Shown here: positions 57,701-64,000 of the stretch, one piece after another
Layout of the letters: the number at the start of each line of letters is the position of its first letter
Numbering within the stretch: the first letter of the stretch is position 1
DNA from: a virus
Strand: one strand, 5' to 3'
DNA: 64,000 nucleotides
Virus record (IMG/VR): IMGVR_UViG_3300042691_019380
Span: 1-64,000 of that record
Position numbers and translations under genes: made by a program
The notes under the pieces: model-generated
What the model was told of the DNA's origin: nothing
Seen by the model: the letters and a program-made list of their open reading frames with translations, nothing else
Databases searched by the model: none

Positions 57701-60700
57701 GCGGTTAGGCCCTTGCCTTCAGCGACCCCAACGGTTTGAAACAAACTGTCGCTCTCTCCAGAGACGTCAAAGAACAACCTCCCGTCCGTTGTTTCGCCAA
57801 TGCGGTCTCTAGTGACCTTGCTCCACGCATCGTATTCGGAGACTTTTGCCGGGCCGAAACCGCCATGGAGGAGTTTCGGCGGCAACTTTTCGTAAGTCGC
57901 GTGAGACTTTCCAGAGAACTGCGGCCACGAGTCGACGAATCTATACCAAGAAAAGTACTCTCTCGCCTGGAGCGGGCCTTGCGCAATCGTCGCCGTAGCG
58001 GTCGCACCGCTTCCGCCTCCGCCGGAAATGGTGACGGTGGGCGCGCCGTCGAACCAGCCGCCCGCGTTCATCACCTGAATGCCAATAACTTGCCCGTTCT
58101 TGATTCGAGCGTAGGCAGTAGCCCCTCCAGGCGAGAACGAAACAGTCGGCGGAGAGGTGTACCCAGAGCCTCCGTTTGTGACTTGCACTCCAGTGACTTG
58201 CCCAGGGACTTGCACATGCGGAGGAATGACAGGCCAAGCAAGCGGGTCTACTGCGCCAGGGTAGCCGCCCACGGGGTAGATGAAGTAACGCGCGTCATAC
58301 GCCGGGGCTAATTGGTTGACCTCAGCAGGGGCAACGACAGACCCGGCCCAAACGTCAAGACCAGGACTGTAGGAAGAGTAATAATCATCAGTGACAGTGC
58401 CCTGCGAGTGTATCGTGTCCTGATTTGCGACGCGATTCTCGCCGTTGACCAACGTCGTTGTTTCTGTTCTTTTAACTATGTACCACTTATAAACAAACGG
58501 GGACCATTCACCCTTGGCGTCGTGTGGGTTCCCGCTCTTGCCGTCTTCAAGGCGATAGCGAATGGGCGACATATTATCACCATAAATATGTGGCGACCCG
58601 TTCCATCCATCATGCTCCGCCGCTTGCTGCACAGACTGAGCAGGCGGGTGCGTGCTGGACTCGTAAAGAAACAGCCTGTCTTTCGGCTGGAATCCGTCGC
58701 CGTGAAAAGCAGCCTGCGAGTTGAGTCTCCACAAAACACCAGACGTGTCGATTGCGAGAGCGATTGACCCTGCCGCCACAACTGACTGGCACGCATCAGG
58801 GCCGTCGAGGTGTGCGGTGAGCGTGTATCCGGCGCCGCCTGCGGGGAAGAGTTCTGGAACTTCGGTGTAGCCGTGCCCTGCCGACATGGTGATGTAAATA
58901 GGGCCTTCGTACTTGGCAGGGGTGGGAGGGAGTACCACACCTCCTGACGGGCCGCTTTCGTCAGAAGACGCCCAGCCGGACAGGTACGGAGTCTTCTCTT
59001 GCCTGAACGAGTTTCCGACAGACGCAGGAATGCCGCCCTCGTTCGACGGTGGCTCGACCCAGACACCAAACACAGGGCCAACCTCATCTGACGTCGCCTC
59101 TGCCGTGACATATGCTCTCTTGCCAACTCTCGTTGGTCTCTTGATGACTTCTTGATACTTATCGAAAGGCCACTGAAAAGACCTGGGCCATTCAAACAGC
59201 CCCGGTATCACGCCCCACCAGTACGGCAGATCACTGCTGTCGGTCGCGAGAGAGTAGTTCAATCCAGCAGACACAGTCTTCCAAGTGCGGCCAAGGCCAA
59301 CTTGAATCGGCCTGCGGAACACGTTTCTGTGGTCATAAGAACTACCAACGCCGTCGATCTCGACGATCGGCTCAGTTGCGTAGAAGTCTCCGCTGTTTGT
59401 CAGCGTCGCGGAGTCGATCCACCCAGACGCTGTCGAGACTGTTCCAGACGCGCCGCTTCCTGTTTCGGACAAGAACTCAAGGTTCCAGACTGGCGGCGGA
59501 GAAGGTGGGCCGTCAAACGGGGCTCGCCCCGCTATAAGCCCGCCGGGCATGTTGCCTCTTATGACAAACGGAGCCGACTCCCAGCCGAGCGAGTCTTGCG
59601 TCAGCGGGAGAGGCTCTTGCCTGTCGCCGAGAACGATGTAGGTGGGATTGTAGTCGATCATCCACTGGCCCATCGGCACGCGGCCAGTGCCCTGCGGGGC
59701 AAACGGCGCGGGCTCGGGCGGCGGCTTAGGTTTCCAGTCGTCGCTGACCACAAGCGACTGAACTGGCCCTGGAGAGATGCTGCAAATGAAACTTGCGTCT
59801 GGTCCCTGAAACTCATCTTCAGGATCGCGAGTGAATTGCACGAACGGGGCTCGCCTGAGAAAGCCAGCCTCGCTGCGGGTGTATCCGTCTCCGGGCACCG
59901 TAATCGTAACCGCCTCGACGACTCCTTCGGCCTTCGCGGTTGCTGCGGCTCCTGTTCCGCCTCCGCCTGAAAAAACGACCACAGGACGCTCTCGGTAGCC
60001 GTTTCCCTGCTGGTTCCAGGGAGCATTAGCGCCGATCGCCACGACCGATCCGTCTCCGTACTTTGCAACGGCAGTTGCGCCAGAGCCTGGGCCGGAAAAC
60101 GAAACAGGAAAGTCCACCCCAGAGCCACCCTGCACGTACGAGCCTGTTGGCTGGACTGATACTCTGAGAACATGATTGAGCCGCAGCACGGCCTGAGCCG
60201 TCGCACCAGAGCCGCCGCCGCCAGAGAAGCCAATTGCGACCGCTTCGGCGTCGACCTTCAAGTCCGGAGCAACGTCTACTCGCACGACAGCACCGTTTTG
60301 GACGACTGCCGACAGGCTGGCCGATGGCTGGCCGTCGATGGTCACCGTCGGCGGAGACGAGTATCCGCTGCCAGGGGCCGTGACGTTAATGCTCTCGACT
60401 ATGCAGCCCATCTTGGACACGGTCGCCGTGGCTGTTGGGCCTACAGAAGTCACGGACGGGCGGGACGTGTACCCAGAGCCGCCGTTGGTGACTCTAATCT
60501 CAACGACCCTGAATCTGGCGACGGGAGTCAGAGTGACTTTGCCAGCCCCAATCGACTCGACGGAAACCATCCTGGCGTCCGCGTAAGCACCAAGGCCGCC
60601 GCTGTTTGGCGCAAAGGACACCGCCGGAGGCTCCTTGTAGCCTGCCCCTCCAGAAGTGACTGTAATCTCCTGAATGCCGTCGCCTTCGATCGTGACTGTC

Positions 60701-61809
60701 GCCGATGCTCCGGTCCCGACTACAGAGTTAAACGTCACAGGATACCGACCAGGGAGCAGATCGCCGAGAAGAGATGAACTGAGCGCCGCCCCGGTAACGA
60801 CGCCGTTGGTTACGGTTGCAGTTCCGATAACTTTTGTTCTACCGGCAAGTGTGACGATCTCGATGGACGGCGGCACAACGTAATTTCCGCCGCCACTTGC
60901 GACCTGAATGGACTTGGCCTTGCACCACATCTTTGACACGGAAGCGGACGCCGGTGAGTCAGACTGCCCCGCGAACGAAACGACAGGTGGAGTTTTGTAT
61001 CCAGACCCTTGGCTCGCAATCTGCACTCGCGATACAGAAAGGTTCCTCTCGGATAGTGGCAGCGAACTGCCGTCCTGCTCCAGCGTGGCCGTCGGAACAG
61101 ACGTGTACCCACTTCCTCCGTTAGTTAACTCCACCGAAGTGACTGTGTAGTCCATCGCGGCCACTTCAGCCTGGGCCGGAGTGACCGAGGCACTGGAGTC
61201 CACAACCCAATCGCTGCCGATCGAGTCTTTTTTCATCTGCACGACTTGTGCGGTCGGCCTTTTGGAATACTTGCCGGACTGCTGGAGGGCTGCCGACGCG
61301 ATCGGCCTCGAAAGAACCGCCCGGACAACCTCGTCGGCGTGGCTCGGTGCCTGATTGCGAAGATACGAAAGATGAGTGCCGATCGCGTAGCCGTTCGGCC
61401 ACCACACAGTGCGATCCCCGTTCGACCCCCACGCCCAAAGTGTGCCGTCCTCGCGAACCGCCAGCGTGTGCGATCCAGATGCAGAAACGTCTATCCATTT
61501 GTGGCCGACGCCGATCTGGACTGGGTGGGAATAGTTCTCGGCGACGCCGTCGCCCGGAGGGGCATGCGTTCCCCACCCCCACAGAGTCCCGTCAGAGCGT
61601 ATCCCGTACCCACGCCCCCCTCCAGAGCAGACCTTGATCCAGTCCGACTGCTTGTCGATGGTCGGCGGCTCTGTGCCCGGCAGTGGCATGTCGGACTTGT
61701 AGCCCGAGGCCTCGCCAAGACCCAACTGGCCGGTGTGACCATAACCCCAGCCGTATATCTTCGGAATGCAGCAGATGAGTTTCCGAAAGCACTCGAAACC
61801 AAAGTTCAT
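54793..61809 (-). CDS. Giant tail/receptor-binding protein with RCC1-like blades and many GSGY..P.V repeats
   Basis: WG...GQLGLG, SDGTLWGWG, HTLAVREDGTLWAWG; many V.V..GGSGYTSPPTV.F.GGGG.GA.A.A repeats. Confidence 0.8.
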   Translation of the reverse strand: MNFGFECFRKLICCIPKIYGWGYGHTGQLGLGEASGYKSDMPLPGTEPPTIDKQSDWIKVCSGGGRGYGIRSDGTLWGWGTHAPPGDGVAENYSHPVQIGVGHKWIDVSASGSHTLAVREDGTLWAWGSNGDRTVWWPNGYAIGTHLSYLRNQAPSHADEVVRAVLSRPIASAALQQSGKYSKRPTAQVVQMKKDSIGSDWVVDSSASVTPAQAEVAAMDYTVTSVELTNGGSGYTSVPTATLEQDGSSLPLSERNLSVSRVQIASQGSGYKTPPVVSFAGQSDSPASASVSKMWCKAKSIQVASGGGNYVVPPSIEIVTLAGRTKVIGTATVTNGVVTGAALSSSLLGDLLPGRYPVTFNSVVGTGASATVTIEGDGIQEITVTSGGAGYKEPPAVSFAPNSGGLGAYADARMVSVESIGAGKVTLTPVARFRVVEIRVTNGGSGYTSRPSVTSVGPTATATVSKMGCIVESINVTAPGSGYSSPPTVTIDGQPSASLSAVVQNGAVVRVDVAPDLKVDAEAVAIGFSGGGGSGATAQAVLRLNHVLRVSVQPTGSYVQGGSGVDFPVSFSGPGSGATAVAKYGDGSVVAIGANAPWNQQGNGYRERPVVVFSGGGGTGAAATAKAEGVVEAVTITVPGDGYTRSEAGFLRRAPFVQFTRDPEDEFQGPDASFICSISPGPVQSLVVSDDWKPKPPPEPAPFAPQGTGRVPMGQWMIDYNPTYIVLGDRQEPLPLTQDSLGWESAPFVIRGNMPGGLIAGRAPFDGPPSPPPVWNLEFLSETGSGASGTVSTASGWIDSATLTNSGDFYATEPIVEIDGVGSSYDHRNVFRRPIQVGLGRTWKTVSAGLNYSLATDSSDLPYWWGVIPGLFEWPRSFQWPFDKYQEVIKRPTRVGKRAYVTAEATSDEVGPVFGVWVEPPSNEGGIPASVGNSFRQEKTPYLSGWASSDESGPSGGVVLPPTPAKYEGPIYITMSAGHGYTEVPELFPAGGAGYTLTAHLDGPDACQSVVAAGSIALAIDTSGVLWRLNSQAAFHGDGFQPKDRLFLYESSTHPPAQSVQQAAEHDGWNGSPHIYGDNMSPIRYRLEDGKSGNPHDAKGEWSPFVYKWYIVKRTETTTLVNGENRVANQDTIHSQGTVTDDYYSSYSPGLDVWAGSVVAPAEVNQLAPAYDARYFIYPVGGYPGAVDPLAWPVIPPHVQVPGQVTGVQVTNGGSGYTSPPTVSFSPGGATAYARIKNGQVIGIQVMNAGGWFDGAPTVTISGGGGSGATATATIAQGPLQAREYFSWYRFVDSWPQFSGKSHATYEKLPPKLLHGGFGPAKVSEYDAWSKVTRDRIGETTDGRLFFDVSGESDSLFQTVGVAEGKGLTANPYPAAFQSPQLGIGGHSGVKESDQSLWLLGDLESGPPVVKGDVELKIDNPGEGYTEPAVLSFSSQAQGVATATATLNGSIISAGVVQKGSGYRTPPTVSVPGDAQIEAVIAGPVESVQVTNGGSGYRVPPKVVFSQPGISATATSTIKDGAVQSVRVSEGGRYRASPTVSFEPVPDVESIAVTAGGSGYTSPPRVLVVGGSGSGCSAKCSIDGKVTGITIASGGSGYTSPPTVSFSGGGGSGASAIAGIDETTGQVSGVTVLSPGSGYQSPPTVVFTGGGGNAGGAAAVAAIAGPVRDVTVTSRGSGYYRPPQVFFQGSGGTGAAATATTAAPGGGATATSKINGSVIYCKVVNGGSGYRSSPKVTFTGGDNDRIASLEAKLAAAEITQAEFDDSVSQFKASAQARIKGGVTLSVENGGEKYGYKVSTDLNLSSFVTRWLGGQDGSYTTGWGWRSGLPYWRDGDMMSTAFWVHSSGGTPRPESVGTTLAGQWIFVSEHPSWNPSPTAHSRATPSTTERPGGAISSMSDPEGSPPSSVLTSTNWTQEPLVSFWNTRALRAVTRLRRCAIARRSDAAPQAKSIYTWPHSLSHLESVLAMSDAETLESPGYESQSLLGCLRRPLFGNWPAVAEFWSGGSVVSAYLDGVLSSPLPDYGTYITDGDRTAIIMQPYYSGMQYKFASPPTVQVECDVGTGASVTVSVDGSGTGTVNVGSGGSGYGSLARTVVSGGRPKITPAAATATLVNGAVTAVSVTSSGEGYTSPPLVILHGGGGTGATAEAVMSSDDPFYSFRKRVVGVTVTSGGSGYTSPPTVSFVETDKDYADFALPHFSWAGVYGHSEPSGWKARLVGVENATPEYSELLGGDRDTWEEISEMTPSPTWVYNSGDTEEAEDLTCFYADGRIVSATVDESWPDMDRHPANLKKLPDDATVVVRGNCDTTAAISVIRPKWSNELDGYGGVTFAVRDETP

Positions 61810-61811
61810 TA

Positions 61812-62189
61812 CTAGCACTCAGCGGCAATGAGAATCCAAGTCGTGCCCTCCATCGCAAGCCCACAGCGACGAGAGCCGCCCCCCGGCGGCGCGGCGATGT
61901 TCGAGAAGATGTTGCTGGCGACCGCCGTGGCGGCCGTGTCCGCGATGAACGTGACGGTCTTTAGGGTGTCTTTGCTCCAAGCGCCAGTGAAGCGAGCCGT
62001 CGCGAACGCGCCGCCGCCGCCGCCGCCGCCGACAGCCCGTGGCAAGACGCTCGGATTGCTTCCGCGACGTGCCGTCTCGTGAGCATGAACAGCGCTCGCG
62101 ATTCGCTGCGCGTCTTTGTGGCGAAACTGAACGACTTGCTCGGTCTTGTTCGCCGGGGGCTTTTTCTTGAACTGGCTAATATTGAGCAT
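61812..62189 (-). CDS. Tail-region hypothetical protein
   Basis: DA.RIA..V..HE; position between tail genes. Confidence 0.6.
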   Translation of the reverse strand: MLNISQFKKKPPANKTEQVVQFRHKDAQRIASAVHAHETARRGSNPSVLPRAVGGGGGGGAFATARFTGAWSKDTLKTVTFIADTAATAVASNIFSNIAAPPGGGSRRCGLAMEGTTWILIAAEC

Positions 62190-62190
62190 G

Positions 62191-63171
62191 TCAGGTCACT
62201 GCAATCGCCGGTGTGTTGTACGGCCAACCCGCGAAGAGGTCGCTTGGTATTTGGTGAAAAGTCCCCACAAACGGCAGCGTCCTGTAGATGCGAAACGTCA
62301 GCATGTCAGGGGGGAGGCCGGGAGTCTTCGCTGTGCCGTTAGAGTTGAGGGCGGCTGGCTCGCTGACTGGCTCACTGCCAGCGAGAATCTTCACTCGCTT
62401 ACCGCCCTTGATTTCGTTAAACCCGACATTCCAAGTCTGCAAGTCCCAACCCGTGTTCCTGTAGGCAATCGAGACAGAAGTCTCGTAGTACACGACTCTG
62501 ACTGGCGGGTCGGTGCTAGGGTTCACGCCAGGGATGGTCTCGATCTTGCGGTTCGCCGCGATGCTCTGACACTTCCAAGTCTTGGGCAGGCCTCCGCTCC
62601 ACGTGTCTGAATTAATAGCCCCGACGTACAATTGCGCTTTGGCATAACCAAACGGCGGCTTTTGATTATACGAGATCGTGACGTTGAACTCGCCCTCGTC
62701 GCGGTCAAGTCCAGACAGCGGGTCTTTGGCAGTGTTGACGATGATCTGCTTGGTCTCGTTGTCTCCTGCGTTGGGGTAGTGCCAGAAGCATGGAGCCGAA
62801 GCCAGCGAGCCAGAGAACGAGAACTGAGGCGGACGTTGCCACGGAATCTTCTCGGACTCGTCGAGATACCTGTACTGGTATGTGACCTTGTAATGAAACG
62901 CCGAGTCGCCTTCTTGCTGCGTGTTGGACTCGACGAGGTACGCATTGGCGTCGTCCGGGTAGACGTCCCGCCAGTTGATGCCAGGGGCAGATGCGACCTG
63001 CGCCAGGTCTGGATTAACCGTCTTGACGCGGACGAGAAAGATTCGCGTGTATGTCGGATTCCCATCGATGCTCGCCTGTCGAGACTTGCCGCGAAAGAGT
63101 TCGCGGCAGTCTGTCACGTCAGTGAGCAGCGGGTTTGACCACGGCGGGCCGAGTGAGTTTGGCTCTGGCAT
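62191..63171 (-). CDS. Distal tail/baseplate protein following the tape measure
   Basis: Position; N.A.DP, YVG.INSD.W, FR.Y. Confidence 0.6.
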   Translation of the reverse strand: MPEPNSLGPPWSNPLLTDVTDCRELFRGKSRQASIDGNPTYTRIFLVRVKTVNPDLAQVASAPGINWRDVYPDDANAYLVESNTQQEGDSAFHYKVTYQYRYLDESEKIPWQRPPQFSFSGSLASAPCFWHYPNAGDNETKQIIVNTAKDPLSGLDRDEGEFNVTISYNQKPPFGYAKAQLYVGAINSDTWSGGLPKTWKCQSIAANRKIETIPGVNPSTDPPVRVVYYETSVSIAYRNTGWDLQTWNVGFNEIKGGKRVKILAGSEPVSEPAALNSNGTAKTPGLPPDMLTFRIYRTLPFVGTFHQIPSDLFAGWPYNTPAIAVT

Positions 63172-63186
63172 GAAAGCGTATCCGTA

Positions 63187-64000
63187 CTACCGTGCTGAAA
63201 GTTGAGCAATGACTTCGGCGGCCTCCGGCTGGGCGGCGGCCTGAGCGAGGAACTTCGTGGCCTGGGCCGTTTCGAGTTGGGCCTTGAGGCCAGGATTGTC
63301 CTGGCCTCGCAAGATGCGGAAGAACGTGTCCACGCCAGCCTTGCTGCGAGTGTCGGCCGACTCAATCGCCCGGCGGTCGGGGGCGACGCGGTCGAGGGCG
63401 GGCTTGAGGTCTTCTTGGAGTTGGGCTTGGAGGCTGAACTTTCGGTCGGCGAACTCCTTGTCGTCGATGGCCCCCGACCCCCGCATGTATTCCAGTTCCT
63501 TTAAGCCCTCCTTGAAGGCCTGGACGGGGCTTTCCGGCTCGGCGCCGGGCCCTTGTTTGCGGAGATTCTTCATCGCCGAGTCGAACGCCTCTTGGTTCTT
63601 CTCGCCGGTTTTTCCGAACGCCTCCTCGATCTCCCGCCTTCTCTCAGCAAACCGCCCGGCCCGAGTGTTCGCCGTGTCGGCCCCAAGGGCCTCCTCTCTC
63701 TTGCGGGCAGCAGCGACTCGGGCTTGCGTGGCCTCTTCCGCAGTGATCCTCTTGCTCGGGTCGGTCGCGTTCTCTGCCTCATCGATCTTCTTGATCTGCT
63801 CCTCGTAGGCCTGCTGCGCCGTCTTCTCGATTCCGAGAGACTGAAGAAGATTGTCGCGAGACTGCTTGACGGCACGGTCGAAGAGTTCGAGGTCTTGCTT
63901 GTTCCCCTGAAGTGCTGCGCGAACCTCGTCGATCGACTTGCCGGACATGCCGAACTTGGCGGCAACGTTGTCGAGTTCGCCAGAGAACTGCTCGAAGGGA
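63187..64000 (-). CDS. Tape measure protein, C-terminal part (runs off the window)
   Basis: Frame is open to the window edge; Ala/Glu/Gln-rich helical sequence upstream of tail genes. Confidence 0.7.
   Translation of the reverse strand, partial: PFEQFSGELDNVAAKFGMSGKSIDEVRAALQGNKQDLELFDRAVKQSRDNLLQSLGIEKTAQQAYEEQIKKIDEAENATDPSKRITAEEATQARVAAARKREEALGADTANTRAGRFAERRREIEEAFGKTGEKNQEAFDSAMKNLRKQGPGAEPESPVQAFKEGLKELEYMRGSGAIDDKEFADRKFSLQAQLQEDLKPALDRVAPDRRAIESADTRSKAGVDTFFRILRGQDNPGLKAQLETAQATKFLAQAAAQPEAAEVIAQLSAR

Noticed and set aside
54793-61809. Diversity-generating retroelement target
   Set aside because: No reverse transcriptase and no TR/VR pair differing at adenines; the repeats are protein-level and synonymously diverged

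Overview
This window is 64 kb of a GC-rich tailed-phage or prophage genome. Almost every gene is on the minus strand; only a tyrosine recombinase and one small ORF are on the plus strand. A Planctomycetota host is suggested by a DUF1559-style prepilin leader, but this is inference. In transcription order (right to left) the modules are: tape-measure end and tail genes, including a 2.3-kaa RCC1/GSGY-repeat protein; nucleotide-pool genes; an RNA ligase; an integrase and double-HTH switch; a Ro60/TROVE gene preceded by two structured Y-RNA-like repeats; a MoxR-type AAA+ ATPase with three tandem vWA-like paralogues; an early region with five near-consensus sigma70 promoters sharing an upstream box, an ART-fold gene and an Ocr-like gene; replication genes (SNF2, RecE-like, SSB-like, Prim-Pol, intein-containing SF1 helicase); a DNA methylase and two free-standing endonucleases; a glycosyltransferase cluster; a papain-like protease, lipoprotein and holin-like block; adhesin and fibre genes; a mosaic small-ORF region; and a packaging-type HNH gene. 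The best non-obvious signals are (1) two antisense-oriented integron-like attC cassettes at about 7.2-7.8 kb, (2) a promoter, two structured RNAs and Ro60 forming one unit at about 48.4 kb, (3) a roughly 14-bp operator-like motif at about 20 sites, mostly gene junctions and promoters, and (4) a duplicated AT-rich origin-like element at 233-368 and 27509-27647. All family calls come from motif recognition by eye; no searches were run.
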